Shown: positions 45,196 through 59,136, counted from the first letter of the stretch. The stretch: DNA of 64,000 bases from an uncultured delta proteobacterium (GCA_963771175.1 CAVYSY010000051.1:140808-204807); one strand, 5' to 3'. Notes: generated from the sequence alone by a model not told the origin. Translations and numbers: made by a program.

Positions 45196-46686
45196 ATGGA
45201 TCTGAAGTCATCACTATCGAAGGACGTCCCTGCCTCACTCGTCGTCTTTCTCGTGGCGCTGCCGCTGTCGCTCGGCATCTCGGTGGCATCGGGGGCGCCG
45301 GTGCAGGCGGGCCTCATCGCCGCCATCGTGGGCGGTATCGTCGTCGGCATCGTCGGCGGTGCCCCGATGCAGGTGAGCGGACCGGCGGCGGGCCTCTCGG
45401 TCATGCTCTACGGCTTCGTGCAGAAGTTTGGTTTCGAGGCGACGTGCGTGATCACCGCGATCGCCGGGCTCATGCAGATCGCCGCGGGCTCGGCGGGTGT
45501 CGCCCAGGCGGCGCTCGCCATCTCGCCGGCGGTGCTGCACGCGATGCTCGCCGGTATCGGCATCCTCATCGCGCTCGGCCAGATGCACGTCATGCTCGGC
45601 TATACGCCCAAGGGCTCGGCGATCGCCAACATCACCGGGCTGGGGGACTCGCTCGTCCATGTGAACACCAGCGCGCTCATCGTGGGCGCTACGACGCTGT
45701 TCGTGCTCCTCGCGTGGAACCGTTTCTTCGCCAAGAAGGTGCCGTTCCTCCCCGGGTCGCTCATCGCCATCGGGGTGGGCACGGCCGTGTCGCTCTTCGT
45801 GCCGGGTGAGATTCCTCACGTGGAGATCAGCTCCGGCATCTTCGGCAATCTGCACGCCCCGTCGCTGGGTGGCGCGCGCCTCTCGGAGTTGGTACTGGCG
45901 GCGCTGGCGATCTTCGTGGTCGCGAGCGCGGAGTCCCTGCTGTGCGCGGTGGCCACGGACCAGCTCCACTCGGGGGCTCGGGCGAACCTGAACCGCGAGC
46001 TGTTCGCGCAGGGGCTTGGCAACGGGCTCTCCGGTCTTCTCGGGGGCCTGCCCATCACCGGCGTCATCGTGCGCAGCTCCGCGAACATCGCCGCCGGCGC
46101 GCGCACCCGCCTGTCCGCCATCCTCCACGGCGTGTGGATGCTCCTCTTCGTCATGCTCGCCTCGGGCCTCCTGGCGCGCGTTCCGATGGCGGCGCTCGCG
46201 GCGCTGCTGGTCCACGTTGGCCTGAACCTGGTGAAGCTGAAGGAGCTCCGGAAGATCGCCGAGTTCAACGAGGCGCTCGTCTACGGCGTCACGCTGGTCG
46301 GCGTCGTCTTCATCAACCTGCTGTGGGGTATCGGCATCGGCTTCGGGCTGGCGCTCGTGTTGCTGTTGCGCCGCACGGCGGCGGTCGAGCTCCAGGTGGA
46401 GACGCGTGGCGAGGAGATTCACGCCCAGCTGCGGGGCACCCTGAGCTTCCTCTCGGTTCCCACGGTCGTGTCGCGGCTTCGCGCACTGCCCGCGGGTCGG
46501 ACTGTCTACCTGCGGTTGGAGGTTGATCAGATCGATCACGCGGCCATCGAGGCCATTCGCGGTTGGCGAGTGGGCTACCAGAACGCGGGTGGCAAGGTGG
46601 TGAAGGAGTCGCTGGACGTGCTCTGGCGCGAGCTCCGGTCGCCGACGAGTTCCTCCGAGAGCTCCGCTGCCCCCGCTACCCCCTGA
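45196..46686 (+). CDS. SulP/SLC26-family anion (likely bicarbonate) transporter with STAS-like tail
   Basis: ASLVVFLVALPLSLGISVASG, QVSGPAAG, ESLLCAVA.D, GGLPITGVIVRSSAN. Confidence 0.93.
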   Translation: MDLKSSLSKDVPASLVVFLVALPLSLGISVASGAPVQAGLIAAIVGGIVVGIVGGAPMQVSGPAAGLSVMLYGFVQKFGFEATCVITAIAGLMQIAAGSAGVAQAALAISPAVLHAMLAGIGILIALGQMHVMLGYTPKGSAIANITGLGDSLVHVNTSALIVGATTLFVLLAWNRFFAKKVPFLPGSLIAIGVGTAVSLFVPGEIPHVEISSGIFGNLHAPSLGGARLSELVLAALAIFVVASAESLLCAVATDQLHSGARANLNRELFAQGLGNGLSGLLGGLPITGVIVRSSANIAAGARTRLSAILHGVWMLLFVMLASGLLARVPMAALAALLVHVGLNLVKLKELRKIAEFNEALVYGVTLVGVVFINLLWGIGIGFGLALVLLLRRTAAVELQVETRGEEIHAQLRGTLSFLSVPTVVSRLRALPAGRTVYLRLEVDQIDHAAIEAIRGWRVGYQNAGGKVVKESLDVLWRELRSPTSSSESSAAPATP

Positions 46687-49247
46687 TGCAGGCGAAAGGA
46701 AACGACGTCATTCCCATGGATACCATTGCCCTCGTGGATGGGTGGCTCGATGAGTGCCGCCCGAAGCTGCCCATCCAGAATCCTCTCTGGGCCTACATCC
46801 ACAACAACATCCTGCTCAACCTCGAGGACCGTCCGTTCCACGAGGCGGTGCGAGAAGCGGCCGCCCTGTACCGGGCGCGGCCGTATGAGACCGAGTCCTT
46901 CTACCGTGCGGAGCTGGAGCGCGGCCGTATCCGGCGTGACTGCCTCGACGCGGTGCTCGCTGCGGCTCTCCCGGGGAGTGGGAAGGACCGGGTGGAGCGC
47001 TTCCTGTCCGACGCCTCGGTCGGCGACAACGTCCCACCGGTCTCCTTGCTGCGGATCGCCCCTCGCCTGGATGCCGAGTACCACGCGTCCTACGACCGGC
47101 GGTTCCAGGACTTCATCGTGCCGATCGTCGCCTCGTTCCTGGATCAGGGCATGGCGCACTGGACCAACCCCTACCGCACGGGTGCTCTCTGGGGCTACTT
47201 CCTGGCGAGCGTACATGCCACGCCCGGGTGGGGCTTCGACTGGGCGGGCAAGCTGAAGGCGCGGCTCGAGGCGCACGAGCGGGCTGGCCGGTCGGTGGAG
47301 GCCATGATCGAGGCCGAGGTGCATGAGGCGGCCCCGGCGGGACGCGAGGCCGGGTACTGCCTGGAGACGCTTTTCTCACTGAAGGGCTGGTCGGGGATGA
47401 TCCTTCGGCTCGAGTCCGAGCCGTCGATCGCGCCCGTGGAGGCACCGCCCGCGACCCTGAAGGACTGGCTCGCGGTGATGCTCGTCACCATGCACGCGCT
47501 CGACGCGTGGCTCCTGGAGCGGCATGGCCGCACCCGGGACGAGCTGCGCGCGCGCCCATTCCTCGCGCCCGAATCGGCCCACCTGGGGCGCCTGCACCTG
47601 TGGCAGGAGTCCTATGAGCGCTCCTTCGCCGGGGACTTCCTCGCGCACCTCGAGAGCGGGCTCCGACCCGAGGCGCGGGAGCCCCAGCGTGACGCCCCGC
47701 ACTTCCAGGCGCTGGTGTGCATGGACGACCGGGAGGAGTCCTTCCGGCGGGCGCTCGAGTCGGAGGCGTGCGGTGTGGAGACCTGGGGAGTCCTGGGATT
47801 CTTCAACGTCGACATGCGCTTCGATGCGGTGGGCACGGCCCGCCCGACGCGCCAGTGCCCGCCTGTCATCGAGCCGTCGCGGACCATCTCGGAGGTGCCG
47901 GTCAACGGTGAGGCCCATCGAATGGAGCGGGCACGCCGCGCCGGTCGCGCCGAGGGCAAGGCGCTGCTCTCCGGCTTCTACCATTCACGCACGCTGATCC
48001 GCGGCTTCTTCGTCTCGCTCGCGCTCGGGTTGCTGAGCTTCCTCCCGCTCGTGTTGAAGGTGCTGTTTCCGAGCCGGATGACCCGACTGCGCCGCGCCAT
48101 CCAGAAGCGTGCCTTCCCGCACCCGCGGACGCGCATCGCGCTGGACGCGGACGGCGGCTACTCGCTGGATGAGCAGGCCAATATCGTCGAGGGCGTGCTC
48201 CGGACGGCGGGCCTCACACGGGATTTCGCTCCGCTGGTGGCGGCGATCGCCCACGGCTCGACGAATACGAACAACCCCTTCAAGCAGGCGTACGGCTGTG
48301 GCGCGTGCTCGGGCAATCAGGGCGCGCCCAACGCGAGGGCCTTCGCGGTGATGGCCAACCGCACCGAGGTGCGTGAGCGGCTCGCCGCTCGGGGGCTCGC
48401 GTTGCCGGCCACCACGCTCTTCGTGCCCTGCTACCACGACACCGTCACCGACGTCGTCGAGGTGCTCGACCGCGACCTCCTCCCGGTGGAGCGCCTGGCG
48501 GAGGTGCGGGAGCTGCAGACGCGGCTGGGACGCGCGGGCCGGCTGAACGCGGTGGAGCGGTGCCAGCGCTTCGGCCAGGCGCCGCGCGGGAGCGAGGTGG
48601 CGGTGGTCCAGCACGTGCTCGACCGGGGCCATGACCTCGCGCAGCCGCGGCCCGAGTACGGCCACAACCGAGCGGCGGCCATTATCGTCGGGCGGCGGAG
48701 CCTGACGGAGTGGACGTCCTTGGACCGCCGATCCTTCCTGGTGTCCTACGATCCGACGCAGGACCGAGGGGGCGCGCTGCTGCGGTCGGCCGTGCTCGGC
48801 TCGGTCCCCGTCGCGGTGAACATCGCCATGGACTACTACTTCTCGCGCGTGGACTGCGAGGGGTTCGGCGCGGGGTCCAAGCTCCCGCTGAACATCGTGT
48901 CGTTGCTGGGCGTCGTCACCGGCTCCAAGAGCGACCTGCGCATCGGCATGGCCCGGCAGATGGTCGAGCTGCACGAGCCCATGCGCATGCTCGTGCTCAT
49001 CGAGGCGGAGACGAAGGACCTGCTCGAACTGGTCGAGACGAACCCGCGCATGCGCCGCATGGTGCGGGGAGGGTGGATGCGGCTCGGGCGGGTCGATCCG
49101 TCGTCCCGCGCCATCGAGCTCTGGCACGGGGAAGGCTTCACGCCCTGGCGAGAGCTGTGGCCCGAGTTCCGCACGATGGCGGGTGATGCCGCGCTTCCGG
49201 CGGTGCTGGATTCCCGGCGAGACCGCCCGGTCGAGGTGTACGCATGA
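46686..49247 (+). CDS. dabA: DUF2309 / DabA inorganic carbon pump soluble subunit
   Basis: Zn-site motifs CMDDRE, AHGS..NNP, CGAC, plus RPEYG, DRRSFLVSYD and VNI..DYYFS. TGATG overlap with sulP; alternative start at 46716. Confidence 0.9.
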   Translation: MQAKGNDVIPMDTIALVDGWLDECRPKLPIQNPLWAYIHNNILLNLEDRPFHEAVREAAALYRARPYETESFYRAELERGRIRRDCLDAVLAAALPGSGKDRVERFLSDASVGDNVPPVSLLRIAPRLDAEYHASYDRRFQDFIVPIVASFLDQGMAHWTNPYRTGALWGYFLASVHATPGWGFDWAGKLKARLEAHERAGRSVEAMIEAEVHEAAPAGREAGYCLETLFSLKGWSGMILRLESEPSIAPVEAPPATLKDWLAVMLVTMHALDAWLLERHGRTRDELRARPFLAPESAHLGRLHLWQESYERSFAGDFLAHLESGLRPEAREPQRDAPHFQALVCMDDREESFRRALESEACGVETWGVLGFFNVDMRFDAVGTARPTRQCPPVIEPSRTISEVPVNGEAHRMERARRAGRAEGKALLSGFYHSRTLIRGFFVSLALGLLSFLPLVLKVLFPSRMTRLRRAIQKRAFPHPRTRIALDADGGYSLDEQANIVEGVLRTAGLTRDFAPLVAAIAHGSTNTNNPFKQAYGCGACSGNQGAPNARAFAVMANRTEVRERLAARGLALPATTLFVPCYHDTVTDVVEVLDRDLLPVERLAEVRELQTRLGRAGRLNAVERCQRFGQAPRGSEVAVVQHVLDRGHDLAQPRPEYGHNRAAAIIVGRRSLTEWTSLDRRSFLVSYDPTQDRGGALLRSAVLGSVPVAVNIAMDYYFSRVDCEGFGAGSKLPLNIVSLLGVVTGSKSDLRIGMARQMVELHEPMRMLVLIEAETKDLLELVETNPRMRRMVRGGWMRLGRVDPSSRAIELWHGEGFTPWRELWPEFRTMAGDAALPAVLDSRRDRPVEVYA

Positions 49248-50542
49248 CGCTTCAGTTCCTGACCCTGTTCATCCTCGCCTGGGCCGCGCTGACGCCGCTG
49301 CTGCTCGGGGCGGCCCAGCTCATCGGGTTCCGGCTGCCCGAGCGGCTCGTCCAGTGGCTCGCGGTGGCGCACGCCACGGGGGTGCTCTTCGCCACCTTCG
49401 CGCTCTGCGTCGCGTTCCTCGCGGAGCCTTCGTCGATGGTGGAGGTCTCGACGCCTCCTCTGTTCGTCACGAATGAATACGAGTGGAGGGCGGTGCTGCT
49501 CATCGACCGGCTCTCCGTCACGTACCTGGCGCTCGTCGCGCTCATCTATCCCGTCATCGTGCACTTCTCCCGGCCGTTCTTTCACCGGGAGGAGGGCTCC
49601 CAGCGCTACTGGTTCCTGGTGACGCTGTTGGCGTTCGCGCTCGCGGCGGTGTCGCTGGCGGGGAACGTCGACGTGCTCTACCTGGGCTGGGAGTTGGTCG
49701 GCGTGTCGTCGGTGATGCTCATCTCGTTCTTCCGGCGCAACTCGCGGAGTACGCAGAACAGCCTCCGTGCGCTCATCTACTACCGGCTGTGTGACATGGG
49801 GATCCTCGGCGCGGCGATGTGGATCCACCACGCCTTCCCCAGCACCGCGTTTTCGCGCTTCGCGGAGGACGCGGTGGTGCCCACGGCCCTGGTGGTGGCG
49901 TTCGCGCTGCTGTTCGGCACGCTGGCGAAGTCCGCCCAGCTCCCCATGTCGCCCTGGCTGCACCGCGCGATGGAGGGCCCCGCGGCCTCGAGCGCCATCT
50001 TCTACGGCGCGCTCTCCGTGCACCTCGGGCCGCTGCTGTTGCTGCGCACGAGCGCGCTGTGGATGCCGCACACCTCGGTCCGGATCGTCATGGCCTGGAT
50101 CGGGCTGCTGACGGCCGTGTTCGCGACGATGGTGGGGCGCACGCGGCCCGATGCGAAGACCTCGCTCGCGTACGCGACGATGGCGCAGCTCGGGGTGATG
50201 TACGTGGAGATCGCCGCCGGGTGGCACACGCTCGCGCTCGTCCACCTGTGCGCGCACGCGGGGCTGAGGACGTGGCAGTTCCTGCGCTCCTCGTCGCTCA
50301 TCCAGGACTTCCAGGACAACCCCATCGTGGGCACGGACGTGCGGCTGCGGCGGCTCTCGAACCTGGAGCGCCTGTTCCCGGCGTCGCTGCGAGGCCGGCT
50401 CTACCTGGCCGCTTCGAGGCTCTTCTGGTTGGACAGCACCCAGTGGAGCTTCGTCGCGCGGCCCTTCCTTGGCCTCTTCTCGCGGATCGCCGCGGTCGAG
50501 GACCGTCTGCTCGGGGATTCCCCGAGCGAGCAGCGGAGTTAA
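49244..50542 (+). CDS. dabB: DabB, NuoL/ND5-like proton-conducting membrane subunit
   Basis: DRLS, WELVGVSS, KSAQLPMSPWLHRAMEGP, KTSLAYATMAQLG; ATGA overlap with dabA. Confidence 0.85.
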   Translation: MTLQFLTLFILAWAALTPLLLGAAQLIGFRLPERLVQWLAVAHATGVLFATFALCVAFLAEPSSMVEVSTPPLFVTNEYEWRAVLLIDRLSVTYLALVALIYPVIVHFSRPFFHREEGSQRYWFLVTLLAFALAAVSLAGNVDVLYLGWELVGVSSVMLISFFRRNSRSTQNSLRALIYYRLCDMGILGAAMWIHHAFPSTAFSRFAEDAVVPTALVVAFALLFGTLAKSAQLPMSPWLHRAMEGPAASSAIFYGALSVHLGPLLLLRTSALWMPHTSVRIVMAWIGLLTAVFATMVGRTRPDAKTSLAYATMAQLGVMYVEIAAGWHTLALVHLCAHAGLRTWQFLRSSSLIQDFQDNPIVGTDVRLRRLSNLERLFPASLRGRLYLAASRLFWLDSTQWSFVARPFLGLFSRIAAVEDRLLGDSPSEQRS

Positions 50543-50545
50543 CCG

Positions 50546-51619
50546 ATGGTCGACACCTATCTGAATCTCCAGGGCCAGCGGGCCGCGCTGCCCGTGGCCG
50601 TGCCGATGCGTGCCGTCAGCCGGTGGTCTCTGTCGGTGGGGCTCACCGCCGCGGTGGGCATCTGGGTGGCACCGACGCGCCCGCTCTTCATCGCGTCGTG
50701 GGTCGTGCTGTTCGCGTGGGCGTGCGTGCGGGCCGGCATGGACGAGCGGGGCAGGGTGACGCGGGTCCCCATCCTGCCGCTGCTGGCGGGTCTGCTGACC
50801 ACGGGGCTCGCCATCTGGGGCGCGCCCTCGCAGCCGCTCGCCGCGCTCGGTGCCGCCGTCGCGGGGGGCCTCATGCCGTTCCACCTGTGGCTCGAGGGGC
50901 TGCGCCGGCGGCTCAAGCACCAGGAGTTCCTGTTGCTCCTGCTGTGCCAGCCGGGAGTGGTGTGGCTCCATCGCTTCGTGGAGGGCAATCCCGCGGCACT
51001 GCATGGTGGACTGGGGAACGTGCTGCTGGTGCTCTTCGTGATGAGTGCCATCCTGCAGTCCGGCCTGGGCCTGGTGCGGCGCGAGCCGGCGAGGGCCATC
51101 TCCGCCATCACCCTGTCGCAGTCGTGCCTGCTGATGGCGGGGGCCTTCTCCGGGCACGTTGGGTGGGAGGCGGCCCGGACGCTCCTCGTCGCGACGGTGG
51201 CCGGTACCCTCGTCCTCCTGTCCGTCATCGGCATGCTGCGGGACACGTATGGCATCGAGCGGCTCGCCCCGGACAACGGGCTCGCGGACGTGGCGCCGGA
51301 CCTCCACCGGCTGTTCCTCGCGATGGGCTGGCTCTTCGTGGGGTTCCCCGGAGGCCTGGCCTTCTTCGCCGAGGACCTGCTCTTCCACGCGCTCCTGGAG
51401 CACTCCACGGCGGCGACGCTCGGGTTCCTGTTCGCCGCGGGGCTGAACGCGATCGTGTTCTACCGGGTGTACACGGGCCTCTTCTGTGGGAGCACGCGGC
51501 CGGAGCTCCGGGAGGCAAGCGCGCCGCCCACCGCGTCACGTCGTCTGCGCGTGGCGTTGCTCACGGCGGTCACGGCGCTGATCATCCTGGGAGGCATCGC
51601 CCCGGCGCTCTTCGTGTAG
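50546..51619 (+). CDS. Second, divergent proton-antiporter-like membrane subunit (NuoM/HyfB-like)
   Basis: GLMPFHLW and GFPGGLAFFAEDLL (compare GLPG..GF.GE); about 11 hydrophobic segments; starts 3 bp after dabB. Confidence 0.7.
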   Translation: MVDTYLNLQGQRAALPVAVPMRAVSRWSLSVGLTAAVGIWVAPTRPLFIASWVVLFAWACVRAGMDERGRVTRVPILPLLAGLLTTGLAIWGAPSQPLAALGAAVAGGLMPFHLWLEGLRRRLKHQEFLLLLLCQPGVVWLHRFVEGNPAALHGGLGNVLLVLFVMSAILQSGLGLVRREPARAISAITLSQSCLLMAGAFSGHVGWEAARTLLVATVAGTLVLLSVIGMLRDTYGIERLAPDNGLADVAPDLHRLFLAMGWLFVGFPGGLAFFAEDLLFHALLEHSTAATLGFLFAAGLNAIVFYRVYTGLFCGSTRPELREASAPPTASRRLRVALLTAVTALIILGGIAPALFV

Positions 51620-51671
51620 CACGCGCCCTCGATTGCTGCGCGGGGCACAAAAGTGCAGTGGTGGTGCTGCT

Positions 51672-51871
51672 TCGGAGCGTTTCACTGCTCATCGATGAGG
51701 AGTGGAATGGGCTCGGAGCGTTTCACTGCTCATCGATGAGGAGCGGAATGGGCTCGGAGCGTTTCACTGCTCATCGATGAGGAGCGGAATGGGCTCGGAG
51801 CGTTTCACTGCTCATCGATGAGGAGCGGAATGGGCTCGGAGCGTTTCACTCCTCATCGATGAGGAGCGGAA
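51672..51871. repeat. Tandem repeat, about 5 x 41 bp, no spacers
   Basis: Unit TCGGAGCGTTTCACTGCTCATCGATGAGGAGCGGAATGGGC starts at 51672, 51713, 51754, 51795 and 51836 (last copy truncated); internal palindrome CTCATCGATGAG. Confidence 0.95.
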
Positions 51872-51899
51872 CCTCAACCTGCCCCTTCTCGCTCGATTG

Positions 51900-51942
51900 A
51901 AAAAGAAAGCCCCACGGCACCGGAGGGCGCCGCGGGGCTTCG
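51900..51942 (-). terminator. Intrinsic terminator for speA
   Basis: AAGCCCCACGGCACC...GGCGCCGCGGGGCTT hairpin; the A-run on its left reads as a U-tract on the minus strand. Confidence 0.65.
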
Positions 51943-51968
51943 TTACGTTCCTGGCTCTACCGTGAGGC

Positions 51969-53995
<2,027 letters not shown>

Positions 53996-54228
53996 CGGCG
54001 TTCCTGCTCTCCCGGGCAAGTGGTGGGTGATGAAGCCGTTCAACAATGAACGGAAGCGGGAAGTATCGGGAAATCTTCCCCGGTTCAATCCCCTGGTCGC
54101 GAAGGGGCCTATCGAGCGTCGCTACCGCTCCCCCGCTTCCCCCCGCGATGGGTGGGCTGTCCTCCATTGGATTCCTACCCTTCCCGCTGAGGAGGCTCGG
54201 AGGCTGCATGGAGCGAAGGGGAGGGTAC

Positions 54229-55302
54229 ATGGAGTCGTCCGCACGCAGGGATTCGCCGCTGCTGACACCGAGGGAAATCTACGAGCGGCTGGACAGGTAC
54301 GTCATCGGACAGGAGGCGGCCAAGCGAGCGGTGTCCATCGCCGCCCACAACCATCTCAAGCGCGTCCAGGCGCGCCGGATGCGGCGCACCTCGCTGCTCA
54401 AGAAGTCCAACATCCTGCTCATCGGGCCCACCGGGAGCGGGAAGACGCACATTGCCCGGAATCTGGCGGAGATCCTCTCCGTCCCGTTCACCACGGTGGA
54501 TGCCACCGAGTACACGGAGGCCGGTTACTACGGGAAGGACGTGGAGGTGATGGTGGCCGACCTGCTCTTCAAGGCCAACCACTCCGTCGAGGACACCCAG
54601 CGGGGCATCATCTTCATCGACGAGGTGGACAAGATCGCCCGGCGCTCGCAGGGGGCGCGCAACGGGGCGGGGAGCCGGGACATCGGCGGCGAGGGGGTGC
54701 AGCAGGCGCTCCTCAAGCTGCTGGAGGGCCGGGAGGTCTTCGTCCCCATGAACGTCACCCAGGCGTGGAACCGGGGGGACTTCGTGCCCATCGACACCCG
54801 GGACATCCTGTTCATCTGCGCGGGGACGTTCTCGGACCTGCATGAGTACGGCGGCTCGGCCGACGCGCGGCCCCTGGGCTTCGGAGCGCAGGCGTCCCAG
54901 AAGGTGCGCCGGCGCATCACCACGAGGCAGCTCGTGGACTACGGCATCCTCGCCGAGTTCCTCGGACGCCTGCCGGTGGTGGTGCAGTTGGACCTGCTCG
55001 GCGAGCCGGAGCTGCTGCGCGTGCTCACCGAGCCCCCGGACTCCATCGTCCGCGAGTTCAAGGAGCTGCTGGGACTGGACGGTATCGAGCTGGAGTTCGC
55101 CGAGGGGGCCCTGCGCGAGGTGGTGCGCTTCTCCGTGGAGAAGGGCCTGGGGGCGCGCGGCCTGCGCTCCATCCTCGAGTACGTGATGGCGGACGTGATG
55201 TTCGAGGCCCCCGAGCACCGCCGCCGGCAGGTCACGGTGGACGAGGGCTTCGTCCGGGCTCGCCTGGTGGGCCTGGAGCCGGGCGCCCAGCTCGGGCTCT
55301 GA
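54229..55302 (+). CDS. clpX: ClpX-like AAA+ ATPase lacking the N-terminal zinc-binding domain
   Basis: KSNILLIGPTGSGKT, IIFIDEVDK, GEGVQQALLKLLEG, LGF loop, GARGLRSI. Confidence 0.85.
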   Translation: MESSARRDSPLLTPREIYERLDRYVIGQEAAKRAVSIAAHNHLKRVQARRMRRTSLLKKSNILLIGPTGSGKTHIARNLAEILSVPFTTVDATEYTEAGYYGKDVEVMVADLLFKANHSVEDTQRGIIFIDEVDKIARRSQGARNGAGSRDIGGEGVQQALLKLLEGREVFVPMNVTQAWNRGDFVPIDTRDILFICAGTFSDLHEYGGSADARPLGFGAQASQKVRRRITTRQLVDYGILAEFLGRLPVVVQLDLLGEPELLRVLTEPPDSIVREFKELLGLDGIELEFAEGALREVVRFSVEKGLGARGLRSILEYVMADVMFEAPEHRRRQVTVDEGFVRARLVGLEPGAQLGL

Positions 55303-55310
55303 GCCCGGGC

Positions 55311-56063
55311 TCACTCGCGCTGGGAGGCCCGGGACGCGGCCCCCAGTCGCGCCACGAAGTCCGGGTCCTGGAGGAGCTGGAGCACGAGGTTGCTGCGCAG
55401 CACCGCCTGCGTATCACCTCGCTCCATCGCCTCGCGGAGCTGCTTGTCCGAGAGCGCCCGCTGGAAGCGCGGGTCCTTCTTCAGCGACTTGAAGGCCGGG
55501 TTGTTCGCCAGTCGCTGGGACTGCTTCGGGTCGGACGTCACCTGGGCCACCGCCACCAGGTCCTTCACGGCGGCGAACTGGGTCAGCTCGAAGAGGTTGT
55601 AGCTGCGCGCCAGCCCGAAGCAGAGCGAGTCCTTGGGGGACAGGCCCATGCGCTTGCCCGCCACCACGATGTGCTGCTCGACGAAGACGAGCGCGCTGAG
55701 CACGACGTAGGCGATGGCCGCCACCTTCGCCCCGCCGAGCACGAAGCCGATGCCGCCGTCCACGCCCCGGTTCTCCGGGTTCTTGCCGCCGAAGAGCCGC
55801 CGCAGCAGGGTCGTGAGGGCGTAGCGGACCGCCACCAGCACGACGATGAAGAGCAGCATCGAGCCGGCGATCACCCCGATGAGCAGCGGCACGCCGCCGA
55901 GCGCGTCCGCCATCCTCGGCCCCACGATGGGCCCCAGCTTGCGCGAGACGAACCACGCCACCGCGAGCGCCACCAGGCTGGCGATCTGCCTCGCCCCGCC
56001 GGTGATGGCGCCCACCACCGCGAAGAGGAGCACCAGCCCCAGGATGATCAGGTCGATGGTCAT
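55311..56063 (-). CDS. CvpA-family membrane protein
   Basis: MTIDLIILGLVLLFAVVGAITG...VDGGIGFVLGGAK pattern. Confidence 0.75.
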   Translation of the reverse strand: MTIDLIILGLVLLFAVVGAITGGARQIASLVALAVAWFVSRKLGPIVGPRMADALGGVPLLIGVIAGSMLLFIVVLVAVRYALTTLLRRLFGGKNPENRGVDGGIGFVLGGAKVAAIAYVVLSALVFVEQHIVVAGKRMGLSPKDSLCFGLARSYNLFELTQFAAVKDLVAVAQVTSDPKQSQRLANNPAFKSLKKDPRFQRALSDKQLREAMERGDTQAVLRSNLVLQLLQDPDFVARLGAASRASQRE

Positions 56064-56089
56064 GGGCTTCCCCCGTGGCCGGGCGTCCG

Positions 56090-57504
56090 TCAGCGGATCT
56101 TGAACGCGTCGCCCTGCTTGCGCGCCTCGTCCTGTAGCACCTTCTGGACCTCGGCGAGCTTCTCCTTGTAGCGGGCGTTGGCCGGCTCGTAGGTGAGCGC
56201 CATCTTCAGGTTGCGCTCGGCCGAGGCCCAGCGGCCCGCATCGGCGTCCGCCACGCCCGTCTGGTAGAACTGGCGCCCCTTGGGGTGGATGCCGATCTGC
56301 TCCTCCACCTGCCGCTTGGAGGCGGCGCTCGTCTCGGCCTCGGAGGACTCGTTGAAGCGCAGCTTCTGGGCGCGCTCGGGGCCGGCGATGTCCGCCACGT
56401 ACATCCGGCGCTTCGCGTCGTCGCGCAGCACGTAGTAGGCCTCGGTGACGCGCTTGTAGAGCTCGTTGACCCGCTCCTTGAGCTCCTTGTCGTCCAGGTG
56501 GAAGAAGCGGTCCGGGTGGTAGGCGCGGCTCTCCCCGTAGAAGGCCCGCTTGATCTCCGCGGGAGAGGCCGTCTTCTCCACCTTGAGGACCTCGAAGTAG
56601 TCCATCTGGTCGAGCTGGGCGCAGCGCTGCCAGAGCTCGGCCATCTGGGCCGCGTCGAAGTCCAGGGCCTTCCCGGCGGCGGCGGGAGGCGGAGGCGGGG
56701 GCTGGACGGCGGCGGGAGGCGGAGGCGGAACGGCGGGAGGCACGCCGGGCCGCACCGGGGCCACCGTGGGCGCGACGGGCGGCACCACCGGGGCCATCGA
56801 GGGCACTACCGGCGCGACGGACGGCGCCACGGGCGGGACGGCGGGCATGCTCGGTGGACGTGGCGCACCGGGCGGAGGCGGGGGCTGGACGGCGGCGACG
56901 GGCGGCGGCGGCGGCACGGACGGGCCCGACTCCAGACGGAGGACGGGGCGGTACGGAGCCGGCGGGCGCCGGTGGACGGCGGGCGGGGCGGCGTGGCCAC
57001 GACCGGTGGAGGCGGGGGCACACCCGGCACGGGCGGGGCCGGAGGCATTGCCGGACTCGAGGGCACAGGCGGTCGCGCGGGCGCCACGGAGGGGATTCCG
57101 GAGGCGGTAGGGCGCGTCCCCGTGGGTGTACCGGGCGGGCGCGCGGCCGTGGGGACTCCAGGCGCGGGGGGCGGCACCACCGGACGCATGCCGGAGCCCA
57201 CGGCCGGAACTCCGGGCGGAGGCGGGGGACGGACCGCGGCGGGAGCACCGGGGGGCGCGGGGACACCGGGCGCGGCCGGACGGACGCCGGAGCCCACGGG
57301 GGGCACTCCCGCGGGGGTCGGGCGCGACGGGGATTGTGGCGCTCCGGGCACCGGAGGCCGCACGGGGGCCATGGCCGGCGCGACACCGGACGCGGGCCGG
57401 GACGGGCGCACGGCCGGCGTGCCGGCCGCGGGCGTCACCCGGGAGTCCGAATCGGGCGGCGGGGCGGGAGGTTTGCCGGCACCGTTCTGGGGAGGCTGGG
57501 ACAT
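56090..57504 (-). CDS. J-domain co-chaperone with long Pro-rich N-terminus and C-terminal TPR (frameshift near 56940-56970)
   Basis: DYFEVLKV...IKRAFY...YHPDRF; PPPPP-rich N-terminus. Confidence 0.85.
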
Positions 57505-57513
57505 CGCTCTGGC

Positions 57514-59136
<1,623 letters not shown>

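Noticed and set aside
49244..51619. nuoL/nuoM completing the nearby complex I
   Set aside because: Translationally coupled to DUF2309, short and divergent; they fit DAB membrane subunits better.
51672..51871. CRISPR array
   Set aside because: Units are contiguous and nearly identical over the full 41 bp, with no unique spacers and no cas genes in the window.
56670..57480. G-rich repeats as a regulatory or G-quadruplex element
   Set aside because: Explained by Pro-rich codons of the minus-strand J-domain gene.
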